From NCBI GenBank assembly GCA_007376145.1, contig VMFP01000002.1, positions 8,679-72,678 on the forward strand: 64,000 bases of DNA, in the 5' to 3' direction. Below the pieces are notes generated by a model that saw only the letters and a program-made list of their open reading frames with translations, made no database searches and was not told the origin of the DNA. Of the stretch, positions 39,845 to 51,848 are shown one piece after another (positions within the stretch are counted from its first letter, which is position 1; each line of letters begins with the position of its first letter). The DNA comes from Parcubacteria group bacterium Gr01-1014_38 (lineage in GTDB: Bacteria > Patescibacteriota > Andersenbacteria > UBA10190 > CAIZMI01). Made by a program: the position numbers and the translations under genes.

Positions 39845-40861
39845 ATGACTGATCTCCTCCAGCGTATTGCGGACCTGCAGGCGGAAGCCCGCACGGCCTT
39901 GAGCCGCGTCCAGACGCTTGCCGAACTCGAGCAGTTCCGGAATGTCTACCTCGCCCGTCGGGGAAAGATCCCCACGCTATTGAGAACGGTCAAAGATCTC
40001 CCGTCCGATGAGCGGCGGCCCGTCGGTGCCGCGGCAAACACGTTGCGCCGCGGGTTAGAAGCGGAGTATCTCGCGGCCCGCGCCCGACTTCGTGCGCGCG
40101 GCGTACGCCCCTTCGACGTGACGGTTCCAGGGCGCAAACCGGTGCTGGGCCATCTCCACCCCCTGACGATTGTCCGTCGGGATATCGAAGAGGTCTTTCT
40201 CGGTATGGGGTTTGAGATTCTTGACGGCCCCGAAGTCGAAGAGCCCCGGTACAACTTCGATCTTCTCAACGTTCCCCTGGAGCACCCGGCGCGCGACCTC
40301 ATGGATACCTTCTGGCTGACCGACGGCCGCCTCCTCCGCACGCACACCTCGGCTGCCCAAGCCCGCGTCATGGCGAACCGAACGCCGCCCTTTCGCATCC
40401 TGATTCCTGGACGAGTGTTCCGACACGAAGCGACGGACGCGACGCACGAATCCACCTTCTCCCAGTTTGAGGGATTGTACGTGGACGAGGGGGTGTCGCT
40501 CGCGGATCTCAAGGGGGTCCTCGGCGAAGCGCTCCAACGCATCGTGCACCAGCGTGTGGACATTCGCTTCCGTCCGTCGTACTTCCCGTTCGTCGAGCCG
40601 GGGGTGGAGGTGGATATCTCGTGTCTGAGCCGGCGCGGCAGTCACCGTGACTGCCGCGTGTGCAAAGGAACCGGGTGGGTCGAGATTCTCGGTGCGGGGA
40701 TGATCCACCCCGTCGTCTTGCAGAACGTCGCGGTTGACTCGACGCGGTACCGAGGCTTTGCGTTCGGCGGGAGCATCGATCGGCTTGCGATGCTTCGCTA
40801 CCGCCTGACGGACATCCGTCTGTTCTGGAGCGGCGATCCGAACTTCCTTGAACAGTTCTGA
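39845..40861 (+). CDS. pheS: Phenylalanine--tRNA ligase alpha subunit
   Basis: Class II motifs 2 and 3: FRPSYFPFVEPGVEVD and GFAFGGSIDRLAML. Confidence 0.85.
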   Translation: MTDLLQRIADLQAEARTALSRVQTLAELEQFRNVYLARRGKIPTLLRTVKDLPSDERRPVGAAANTLRRGLEAEYLAARARLRARGVRPFDVTVPGRKPVLGHLHPLTIVRRDIEEVFLGMGFEILDGPEVEEPRYNFDLLNVPLEHPARDLMDTFWLTDGRLLRTHTSAAQARVMANRTPPFRILIPGRVFRHEATDATHESTFSQFEGLYVDEGVSLADLKGVLGEALQRIVHQRVDIRFRPSYFPFVEPGVEVDISCLSRRGSHRDCRVCKGTGWVEILGAGMIHPVVLQNVAVDSTRYRGFAFGGSIDRLAMLRYRLTDIRLFWSGDPNFLEQF

Positions 40862-40862
40862 C

Positions 40863-42947
40863 ATGCGTCTCTCACTGGAGTGGTTGCGCTCGTACGTCCG
40901 TCTCCCCGAAGACGCGGCAACGGTTGCCCAATTGCTTACGGAACAGAGTTTCGAGACGGCGGTGGGTGCATCGGAAGGTTCCGGCGAGCTCCTCGAGGCC
41001 GACGTGCTCCCAAACCGGGCAGCGGACTGCCTCAGTTACCTCGGAGTCGCGCGGGAGCTGGGCGCGATTCTCCGTCGTACCGTCTCGTGGCCGGACATGA
41101 ACCTCGAAAAGTCGCTCACGCGCGCGCAGCCGCCATTTGCGCTTCGGATCCAGAACACCGCGCTCTGTCCGCGGTTCCTTGCCGTGCTCGTTGAGGGAGT
41201 GCGTGGGAATGCCCCGTCCCCGGCGTGGATGCAGCGCCGCTTACAGGCCGTCGGCGTCCGTCCGCAGAACCTCATCGTGGATGTCACGAACTACGTCCTC
41301 TGGGAGGTGGGGCAACCGACGCATGCGTTCGATGCGCGGGCGATTCGCCGAACGCTCGGCGTTCGTCCTAGTCGCTCCGGCGAGACAGTGCGAACATTGG
41401 ACGGTGTGACACACACGCTCTCGAAGGGAGTGCTCGTCTTAACCTCCGACGATCAGCCCATTGATGTCGCGGGCATCATGGGCGGGGAAGAGAGCAGCGT
41501 GCATGCAGATACGACCGTGATTGTCCTCACCGCGGGTCTCTTCGACCGAGTGGCGGTCCGCAAAGCATCGCAGGCGCTCAACCTGCGGACCGACGCTTCC
41601 GACCGCTTTGCAAAAGGGCGCACGGCGGCGCACGTCGAGGCGGGCGCCGCACGGGTCCTGGCGCTCTTACAAGAGCTGGCAGGAGCACGCGCCACCGCGA
41701 TGGCCGAGGCGTACCCGCAACCGATGAAGGCGCGGGCGATTCGGGTTACCGGCACAGAGGTCGAGGCGCTCCTGGGCTTAAAAGTCTCGAGTGCGCGCCA
41801 GCGAACCATCCTGACCGCACTCGGCTGCCGTGTGTCCGTGGTCGGGAAGACCCTTCGTGTTACCCCACCGCTCTTCCGGGCCGATCTGGCCATCCCGGAG
41901 GACATCGCGGAAGAGATCGGGCGCATCGTAGGGCTCGAGAAGATTCCGGCGCGTCTCCCCCGTGCTCCGCTGAACCCCGCTACCTTGCCAGACGACCTTC
42001 GGGCAATTCGGATTCTTGAAGATCAGCTGAAGGCTGCCGGGTGGACGGAGACGCTCTCCTACTCGTTCAGCATCGAGGAGGAGACACTCGCGCTCGGATT
42101 CGAGAAGGTGGAGCACCTGAAGATCGTGAATCCCATCAACCGTGATCAGATTCGGCTGCGGATTTCTCTGCTTCCGAATCTCCTCCACCACGCGTGGGCC
42201 GGAGCGAAGAAGACCCCGCTCCTCCGCCTTTTCGAGGTCGGGCGCGTCTACCTGCCCGGGCCGCGCACGCGCGCGCCGCGGGGCACGGAAAATTGGAAAG
42301 CGCGCGAACCGCTCCGCCTGGCTGGTCTGCTTGTTCGGCGCGGCGACGTCGCGTCTGACCGGCAGCGGGAAGATTTCTACGAAGTGAAAGGAACCGTCGA
42401 GCAACTGCTCATAACTTGTGGGTTGTCCGATGTGTGGTTTGACGATGTCGAGCCGAGTCCGGAGGGAACCTTCATCTCTCTTTGGCAGCCCGGCCGCAGT
42501 GCAGAGGTGAAGGTTGGTCAGAAGGCGGAGGTTGGATTCGTTGGCACCGTTGCTCCCGAGGTACTCGAGCGTCTCCGGATCCGGGGCAGCGTGGTCGCGT
42601 TCGATCTCGACCTCGCGGAGATTCTCACGCTCGAGAAAGCCGAGCGGGTCTACCAAGCCCCCCTCCCGTACCCGCCCGTGCTCCGCGATCTCTCACTCCT
42701 TGTGCCGGAGACGGTGCTCGTGGATATGCTCATGGAGGCCATTGACCGAGTCGGGGCACCGCTCGTCCAGGACGTGGACTTCGTGGATCTCTACGAGGGG
42801 TCCGAGCTTCCCGAAGGCCGTCGGAGCATCACGCTTCGGATCACCTACGGTTCGCCAGAGCGGACGCTCACCGACAAGGAAGTGAACGATCTCCACCGCC
42901 GCATCGTCGCAAGCCTCGAAGAAGAGTTCGGCGTGGAAGAGCGGTAG
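40863..42947 (+). CDS. pheT: Phenylalanine--tRNA ligase beta subunit (lacks the N-terminal tRNA-binding domain)
   Basis: B3/B4, B5 and C-terminal FDX-ACB regions. 694 aa versus ~795 in E. coli. Confidence 0.85.
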   Translation: MRLSLEWLRSYVRLPEDAATVAQLLTEQSFETAVGASEGSGELLEADVLPNRAADCLSYLGVARELGAILRRTVSWPDMNLEKSLTRAQPPFALRIQNTALCPRFLAVLVEGVRGNAPSPAWMQRRLQAVGVRPQNLIVDVTNYVLWEVGQPTHAFDARAIRRTLGVRPSRSGETVRTLDGVTHTLSKGVLVLTSDDQPIDVAGIMGGEESSVHADTTVIVLTAGLFDRVAVRKASQALNLRTDASDRFAKGRTAAHVEAGAARVLALLQELAGARATAMAEAYPQPMKARAIRVTGTEVEALLGLKVSSARQRTILTALGCRVSVVGKTLRVTPPLFRADLAIPEDIAEEIGRIVGLEKIPARLPRAPLNPATLPDDLRAIRILEDQLKAAGWTETLSYSFSIEEETLALGFEKVEHLKIVNPINRDQIRLRISLLPNLLHHAWAGAKKTPLLRLFEVGRVYLPGPRTRAPRGTENWKAREPLRLAGLLVRRGDVASDRQREDFYEVKGTVEQLLITCGLSDVWFDDVEPSPEGTFISLWQPGRSAEVKVGQKAEVGFVGTVAPEVLERLRIRGSVVAFDLDLAEILTLEKAERVYQAPLPYPPVLRDLSLLVPETVLVDMLMEAIDRVGAPLVQDVDFVDLYEGSELPEGRRSITLRITYGSPERTLTDKEVNDLHRRIVASLEEEFGVEER

Positions 42948-43208
42948 CTGGATTGGTTCGTCGACCAACTTCGGGAGCGGGATGTAGACGTGCTCTGTCG
43001 TGCGCTGGAACACGGTTCTCACGTCGTCCACGATGCGGAGCCACAGCGACGGAACACCGAGGGAACAGCACGAGCGGACGGATTTCGGCGCAAACAAACC
43101 GGAAGTGGGGACAGGGGCGAGGACCGCGTCACACTGGCAGCACGAGCGCGGAACAGAGGGCAAACCCGCAAGCCCCTTGGCGGAGCAGCCGCGCCGTGGC
43201 ACACTTCG

Positions 43209-43432
43209 ATGGCAATGCCGCGGACCATCACACGCTCTCCCGCGATCCCCGTCGTTCCCCGGCGATACGGTGGCCGGTGGGTCGCGTGGAGCCGAGACGG
43301 CAGGAAGATTATCGGGTCGGGAAAGACTCCCGAGGAAGCCCGCAACGCGGCGCGCCGCGCCGGCGTGAGGGACGTGGCCTACGAATGGGTGCCGCCCGCC
43401 GGCGAGCGCTTCATCGGCGGTCACGCGGCGGG

Positions 43433-43436
<4 letters not shown>
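43209..43436 (+). CDS. Small protein (DUF5678-like, tentative) overlapping the start of the aspartic protease gene
   Basis: YGGRWVAWSRDGRKIIGSGKTPEEA pattern. ATGA overlap with the downstream gene. Confidence 0.3.
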
Positions 43437-46145
<2,709 letters not shown>

Positions 46146-46154
46146 ATGAAAAAG

Positions 46155-46188
46155 CTCGCATCACGCCGTGATGCGAGCAGGATTTTTG
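46155..46188. terminator. Intrinsic terminator CTCGCATCAC-gcc-GTGATGCGAG followed by GATTTTT, after gyrB and convergent with the GNAT gene
   Basis: Perfect 10-bp stem plus a T-run. Confidence 0.5.
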
Positions 46189-46210
46189 AGGCTCCTTCCG
46201 GTGGTGGCGT

Positions 46211-46714
46211 TCACCGACAGTGCGGCTTCCCAAGAGGGCGGATGAGGAGGCAGACACGTGCGGGCCCGTTCACTGGACCTGGGTGGGTCGTGAGGTGCGT
46301 GAACATGGGAGACGTCAGTATCCGGAGAGCTCGGGCATGTCTCTCGTCAACCTGGATGACGAGCTGTCGGAAGCCTCGGTCACACATCTCCGCGGCGACC
46401 GCGCCCAGGAGCGCGTGCGCGACCTGATCACCGGAAGGTTTGCACGGTACCGCGACCTTGAGGATGTGCGCGTAGGAGGATTCAGGAGTCCCCACGCAGA
46501 CGGAAAAGCCCACGATTTCCGCGTCGAGTTCCGCAACGAGGATGGCCCCGGTTCGTGCCCCGGCCACGGCGAGTCGAAATGCGCAGTCATCCCAAGGCGG
46601 TTCGATGGTGAACTGGTCGATGCCAGCCGATGCCTGACGAGCGAGATAGGACTGATGGCGAGGGGCCGTTCGACGTTCGATGTCCAGGATCACCCGGAGA
46701 TCTTTGGGAGTCAT
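46211..46714 (-). CDS. GNAT family N-acetyltransferase (RimI-like)
   Basis: AHILKVAV...GDQVAHALLGAVAAEMCDRGFRQLVIQVDERHARALRIL matches acetyl-CoA-binding motif A of GNATs. Confidence 0.55.
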   Translation of the reverse strand: MTPKDLRVILDIERRTAPRHQSYLARQASAGIDQFTIEPPWDDCAFRLAVAGARTGAILVAELDAEIVGFSVCVGTPESSYAHILKVAVPCKPSGDQVAHALLGAVAAEMCDRGFRQLVIQVDERHARALRILTSPMFTHLTTHPGPVNGPARVCLLIRPLGKPHCR

Positions 46715-46853
46715 GGAGTATACGTCCACCCGGCCGTTTTGACTTCCCCAGAGAGTCATAGGAATACCCTCCCTTCATGCTGCAGACCACAGTGAAAAGA
46801 ACAGTGTTGGACTCCTCCGATAGTGAACTGTGGCAGGGCGCGCGTCAACCAAG

Positions 46854-46881
46854 TTGACAGGCCGGTCTTCCATGCTATACT
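46854..46881 (+). promoter_or_regulatory. Sigma70-like promoter TTGACA-N16-TATACT for secE-nusG. A palindrome GTCAAC-CAA-GTTGAC overlaps the -35.
   Basis: Near-consensus hexamers seen in the sequence. Confidence 0.45.
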
Positions 46882-46941
46882 CGGCTTCGTGGAGCCTCGC
46901 GGGCCCGGTATGTTCACACGGTGATGAGCCTGTCCGCGCCG

Positions 46942-47133
46942 ATGGCGTTTCGCCTTCTGTCTCTCGTGAGCTTCCTGCGGGAAGTCCGTCAGGAACTGAA
47001 AGGGGTACAGTGGCCGAGTCGCGAGGCGACGGTCCGTTTCACGGCACTCGTCATTGTCGTCTCCGCGGTCGTCGGTCTCGTCACAGGGGCGTTCGATTTC
47101 CTCTTGACGCTCGCCGTCGAGCGGCTCTTATAA
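46942..47133 (+). CDS. secE: Preprotein translocase subunit SecE
   Basis: A single C-terminal TM and KEVRQELKGVQWPSR. Position upstream of nusG. An alternative start lies at 46921. Confidence 0.7.
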   Translation: MAFRLLSLVSFLREVRQELKGVQWPSREATVRFTALVIVVSAVVGLVTGAFDFLLTLAVERLL

Positions 47134-47172
47134 ACGGTACAGATCACTCACGAAGAATCTCCGTTTCCTGGT

Positions 47173-47718
47173 ATGCCCAAGCAGATCTCCACCACGGATA
47201 AAGCCTGGTACGTGCTCCACACGTACTCGGGCTATGAGGACAACGTTGCGCGGAACCTCCGGCAGCGGATTGAGTCTATGGGCATGGAGGACAAGATCTT
47301 CCAGGTGCTCGTGCCGCGCGAGAAGAAAATCAAGATTAAGGACGGGAAGCGCCGCGTCGTCGAAGAGCGGCTGTTCCCTGGGTACGTCCTCGTGGAAATG
47401 ATCGTCACCGACGATTCCTGGTACGTCGTGCGGAATACGCCGAACGTGACCGGCTTCATCGGCTCGGGAACCATTCCCACGCCGGTGTCCGAAGACGAAG
47501 TGAAGCGGCTCTTCGAGCGCATCGGTGAGGAAGAGCCCACGTACAAGATTGACATGAAGGCGGGGGACACGGTGAAGATCACGGACGGCCCCTTCAAGGA
47601 CTTCGATGGGCGCGTCGCCGAGGTGAATGAAGCGAAGGGAAAGGTCAAAGTCCTCGTGAACATGTTCGGTCGCGAGACGCCGATTGAGCTCGATTCCCTG
47701 CAGGCGAAGAAGGTGTAA
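47173..47718 (+). CDS. nusG: Transcription termination/antitermination factor NusG
   Basis: NGN domain WYVLHTYSGYE and KOW motif GDTVKITDGPFKDFDGRV. Confidence 0.9.
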   Translation: MPKQISTTDKAWYVLHTYSGYEDNVARNLRQRIESMGMEDKIFQVLVPREKKIKIKDGKRRVVEERLFPGYVLVEMIVTDDSWYVVRNTPNVTGFIGSGTIPTPVSEDEVKRLFERIGEEEPTYKIDMKAGDTVKITDGPFKDFDGRVAEVNEAKGKVKVLVNMFGRETPIELDSLQAKKV

Positions 47719-47975
47719 AAGACACCGCTGGCTTCTGCGCTCGTCTATGGAGCGCCGTCGCTCGCGGACCGTGCCGGGCTTGGTCACCACGCCGCTATTG
47801 ACTTTTTCTCCTAGATGTGCGAGTATTCCAGCTTCTTTCACAACAAGAATAGTCCGAATGAGGCGAGTATTGTGAGGGTTTTCTAAATCCCCAGAACACT
47901 CGTCTCATATCGAGACAATCGTTTTTCGAGAGCGTTTCTCGGATAGTCCGCATTTCCTAAAGAAAGGATGAGACG

Positions 47976-48872
47976 ATGTCCAAGACATTGATCACGTCCG
48001 GCAAGCGGAAGCAGATTGTTCGATTGTTGAAAGATGGCCTCGACAAGGTCGCGCTCGACGATAGCGGAGCGCAACGCCTCATCGAGCGTGGCGACGAACT
48101 GCAGGAAGGACTCAAGGAGCTGCTCGAGCGCCTGTCCGTCACCGATCAGGTCGCTGATGAGGAGGTCGAGTCGAGCTACGGCTGCCCCTCCGGGTACAAG
48201 TTCCACCCGACGCTGGAGGAAAACCTTGCCGATCTTGAGCGAGAGCTTAAGATGATCCGAAGGATGTTCCCGGAACTGGCGAATGCCGACATCGATCGTT
48301 CTGTTCTGGAACGGATCAAAGCGCAGGACCTCACGCTTCCGACAGGCGCTGAACGGTGGACGCTCATCCCGCGCTGGGAGAAGATCGCCTCGACATACAA
48401 CGAAGCCGTCGAGAAAGTGATCGAACTGATCGCCGCGTCGCGGAAGTTCATCAACTACCGCGCAGGCAAGCTCGGTCCCGATCACCTCCGCCAGCACACG
48501 CGGAAGGTTGATATGTTCCAGACGCTAGGAGAGCAGCAGAAAGGTCACGACATCCTCGTGGTTCCCGCGCAGTTCGGCCTCCGGCATCGTGGTCGGTCCA
48601 TCCGGCGTGCCCATGAAGTGTTCGTGGCGAACGAGTGCGGTCTGGGAGCCTTCGCTGTCGGCTGCATGCTCCTGACCCATCCGGAACGCCTCCAGCACTA
48701 CGACGATCTCTGGATCGACTGTGCGGTCGATGAGTACGCTCCGGTTGCCGTTGGCGGGTTTCCGGGGGCTCCGTCCTTCCTCTTCTGCGGTGGTTGGCTG
48801 CGGCTTGGCGCTTGCTGGTTTGACGGTGCCTACGGCAACTATGGTTCCGCGTCTGGCTTCCTCCCGCAGTAA
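47976..48872 (+). CDS. Hypothetical protein (298 aa) in a lower-GC insert between nusG and rplK
   Basis: ORF with RBS AAAGGATGAG upstream. No recognised motifs. Flanked by its own promoter-like sequence and a terminator. Confidence 0.45.
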   Translation: MSKTLITSGKRKQIVRLLKDGLDKVALDDSGAQRLIERGDELQEGLKELLERLSVTDQVADEEVESSYGCPSGYKFHPTLEENLADLERELKMIRRMFPELANADIDRSVLERIKAQDLTLPTGAERWTLIPRWEKIASTYNEAVEKVIELIAASRKFINYRAGKLGPDHLRQHTRKVDMFQTLGEQQKGHDILVVPAQFGLRHRGRSIRRAHEVFVANECGLGAFAVGCMLLTHPERLQHYDDLWIDCAVDEYAPVAVGGFPGAPSFLFCGGWLRLGACWFDGAYGNYGSASGFLPQ

Positions 48873-48957
48873 CGACACTTGTTCCTTGAATGCTTGGGTC
48901 TTTCGAGAGTTTGATCCTTGCGCCGTCGCTAAAGCTACGGCGCGCGCAGTCGCATTC

Positions 48958-48998
48958 GACGGGGTTTTCCACACGCTGGAGACCCCGTTTTTTTCTTT
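48958..48998 (+). terminator. Rho-independent terminator ACGGGGTT-ttccacacgctgga-GACCCCGT followed by TTTTTTT
   Basis: Seen in the sequence. Confidence 0.55.
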
Positions 48999-49053
48999 TG
49001 CGCGCCTGGACAGGCGTGGCAGAATTTCCTACACTAACCGCTCGCACGTACGT

Positions 49054-49479
49054 ATGCCCAAAGAAGTCCTCACGCGAGTGAAGCTCCAAGTTCCCGGCGG
49101 GAAAGCGACGCCGGCGCCGCCCATTGGTCCGGCGCTTGGTCAGCACGGCGTGAACATCCAGGCGTTCTGCACGAAGTTCAACGAGGCTACGAAAGACAAG
49201 AACGAGGAAATTACCCCGGTGGTCATCACCATCTACAAGGATCGGTCGTTTACCTTTATCTTCAAAACGCCGCCCGCGGCGGAACTCCTGAAGAAGGCCG
49301 CGGGGATCGAGAAGGGTTCCGGCACGCCGAATACCGCGAAAATCGGTGCGGTCACGAAGGCCCAAGTCCGCGAGATCGCCGAGAAGAAAATAACGGACTT
49401 GAATGCTGGAGACGTTGAGGCGGCAATGCGGATCGTCGAAGGCACCGCCCGCTCCATGGGCATTACGGTGAAGGAGTAA
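49054..49479 (+). CDS. rplK: 50S ribosomal protein L11
   Basis: [27 protein letters not shown] is the L11 signature. Confidence 0.9.
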   Translation: MPKEVLTRVKLQVPGGKATPAPPIGPALGQHGVNIQAFCTKFNEATKDKNEEITPVVITIYKDRSFTFIFKTPPAAELLKKAAGIEKGSGTPNTAKIGAVTKAQVREIAEKKITDLNAGDVEAAMRIVEGTARSMGITVKE

Positions 49480-49484
49480 GGAGT

Positions 49485-50159
49485 ATGCCGAAGCGGTACG
49501 GAGCACTCACGAAGGAAAAGCCATCCGCTCCCGTTGCGCTTCCCGAGGCGGTGAGCTTTGTCCGGAAGCACGCGAACGCGAAGTTCGATGAGACGATTGA
49601 TCTCCATGCGCACCTTGGCGTAGAGCCGGAGAAGAGCGACCAGGCGGTGCGCGGGACGGTGCTCCTGCCGCATGGGACACCTTCCAGCGTCCGGGTCGCG
49701 GTCTTTACCAACGATCGCGCACTCCAAGCGGCCGCCAAGGCGGCCGGCGCCGATATCGTGGGGGGAGAGGAATTGATTGAGCAGGTGAAGACCAACGGGA
49801 AGCTCGATGCCGACGTGGCGGTCGCGACCCCTGATGCGATGAAAGACCTCGCGACCATCGCAAAGGTTCTCGGGCCGAAAGGCTTGATGCCGAACCCGAA
49901 ATCAGGAACGATTGGTCCTGATCCGACGAAGATCGTCCGGGAGCTCAAGGGCGGGAAAACTGCCTTCAAGATGGATGACTCCGGAAACGTGCACCTCGCC
50001 GTCGGCAAAGCGTCCTGGCCGGAGGAAAAACTCCTCGCAAATGCGCGCGCCGCTCTGGATGCGCTTCGGCAGGCCAGGCCCGCCGCGGCAAAGGGAGAAT
50101 TCCTGAAGTCCGTGACGGTGACGTCCACGATGGGCGTGGGCGTGCGGGTGAAGGTCTAA
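49485..50159 (+). CDS. rplA: 50S ribosomal protein L1
   Basis: Full-length L1 homologue. Confidence 0.9.
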   Translation: MPKRYGALTKEKPSAPVALPEAVSFVRKHANAKFDETIDLHAHLGVEPEKSDQAVRGTVLLPHGTPSSVRVAVFTNDRALQAAAKAAGADIVGGEELIEQVKTNGKLDADVAVATPDAMKDLATIAKVLGPKGLMPNPKSGTIGPDPTKIVRELKGGKTAFKMDDSGNVHLAVGKASWPEEKLLANARAALDALRQARPAAAKGEFLKSVTVTSTMGVGVRVKV

Positions 50160-50193
50160 AAAAGCCACCCATTTCTGAGTGGCTACTTCCTCA

Positions 50194-50925
50194 CTACGAG
50201 GAAGTATTGAATGTCCGCCAATCCATGGGCTCCCAGTGGAAGTGGGTGCATTCACATGGATGACAACGACATATTTGGCATCCCTCTTGGTACTGATCCG
50301 TGAACGCGTCTTCGAGATCAATGCCCAGTACGCACGCGATCGCGATGGTCCAGGCCAGCGCATCCGCAAGTTCCAGTGCCAGCTCATCTTCGATCTGGTC
50401 GCGGCGAATCTGGAGCCGAGAGATTTTCATCGCCAGACTGGAGAGCTCGCTAATCTCCCGAAAAAGCCGGTTCAGCATGTTTTCCAGGCCACGCTTCCGG
50501 TTCATCGCGCCGTACAGATGATCGAGGTGGGCACACCACTGCCGGAGTGTCCATTGAAGCTGCTCGGGGTCGGCATGCTGTGCGAGTTGCGATTCAGAAT
50601 GCCTCTCGGAGCAGGCGCAAGGACTCTGTCCGCAGTAGCTGCAACGTCGGGGGTACTTTCTGACCGTTGCGATCACGAACGGATTCGCCGCCCCGGAAGT
50701 TTCAGGGAGATTCCAGAAGTGCTCTGCAACGCAGAAGATGCGCGATACGATCCGAGCGACGGCACACCCGAGTACATCCCGACCGAATTCTTTGCGAATC
50801 GCGTCCTGGAGGTCGCCAATCGCAAGATTCAGGTAATCAATTCGATCGCGGAGACTTGGGAGAAAAACGCGATTCCGTCGTGCGTACAGTGAAAATGAAT
50901 GTTCCATAAGCTTCTGGAGCGTCAT
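50194..50925 (-). CDS. MazG-like all-alpha NTP pyrophosphohydrolase domain protein with Cys-rich inserts
   Basis: LAIGDLQDAIRKE and ELADALAWTIAIACVLGIDLEDAF resemble the MazG EExxE/D motifs. Extra CSYCGQSPCAC and CQICRCHPCEC clusters. Confidence 0.4.
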   Translation of the reverse strand: MTLQKLMEHSFSLYARRNRVFLPSLRDRIDYLNLAIGDLQDAIRKEFGRDVLGCAVARIVSRIFCVAEHFWNLPETSGAANPFVIATVRKYPRRCSYCGQSPCACSERHSESQLAQHADPEQLQWTLRQWCAHLDHLYGAMNRKRGLENMLNRLFREISELSSLAMKISRLQIRRDQIEDELALELADALAWTIAIACVLGIDLEDAFTDQYQEGCQICRCHPCECTHFHWEPMDWRTFNTSS

Positions 50926-51044
50926 ACATGGACTCCTTGTTGATAGAAAGAACTCAGTGAACCGTGCCGCGCATTGTACGAGTGTGGTGCACGCGCCACA
51001 AGGGGTTGTTCCTCCCGTGTTCCCGGGGCATGCTAAGTAGGTTC

Positions 51045-51752
51045 ATGGGTATTCTCATTGTCAACGAGGGTGCAGACGGTTCGGGGAAAGAGACGCAGAC
51101 GACTCTCCTCTGTGAACGGTTGAAAAGCGAAGGGTACCGTGTGGAGCGGTTCGATTTTCCCACCTACGGACGTGACCCTGTCGCGGATCTCATCAAGTCC
51201 CTGTTGAGTACCAGGCAGGCGCACTGGAACGAGCGGACCATGGAATCTCGTGCGCTTCTCTACGCGGCAAATCGTGCGTTGTTTCGCGACGAGCTTCGGG
51301 GTTTCTTGGAAACACCAGGAACCATTGTCGTCTGCAATCGCTATGTCGCGAGCAATCAAGCGCACATGGCCGGGTATCTCACCAACTCTAACGCCTGGGA
51401 AGAGCGGTTTGCATGGATTGAGCGGCTCGAGTTTGAGCACATTGGTCTTCCGCGTCCCGACATCGTGCTGTTTCACACGATGCCGCATGCGAAGCGCGCG
51501 GCGCTCCTGGAGAAACGAGAACAGGGAAAGCAAGATGCGCACGAGCGAGACGCGGAGTACCTCCAGCGTGTGGAACAGTGCTACGCGTTGCTCGCCCGCC
51601 GCCATGCCGCGGTATGGCGCCATATTCCTGCCGACGTACACGGGCGCGTAGAAGCGCCGCCCGACGTCCACGTGCGAGTTTGGGAGACTCTTGCGGCGCA
51701 TCCCGCATGGCGGGAATTCGTCCAGCAGCGAGTGCGCGTCGGTACGCCGTGA
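51045..51752 (+). CDS. tmk: Thymidylate kinase
   Basis: P-loop IVNEGADGSGKETQ, DRY-like motif CNRYVAS, and a LID region. Confidence 0.75.
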   Translation: MGILIVNEGADGSGKETQTTLLCERLKSEGYRVERFDFPTYGRDPVADLIKSLLSTRQAHWNERTMESRALLYAANRALFRDELRGFLETPGTIVVCNRYVASNQAHMAGYLTNSNAWEERFAWIERLEFEHIGLPRPDIVLFHTMPHAKRAALLEKREQGKQDAHERDAEYLQRVEQCYALLARRHAAVWRHIPADVHGRVEAPPDVHVRVWETLAAHPAWREFVQQRVRVGTP

Positions 51753-51848
51753 TTTGTTAAACGACAGACATTACTCCGGCCTTCGAGGAATCGGAACGTT
51801 CTTTTTCGTATCTTCGGCTCGAGGCGATCTTCGTGTAGGCTAAAAGGC

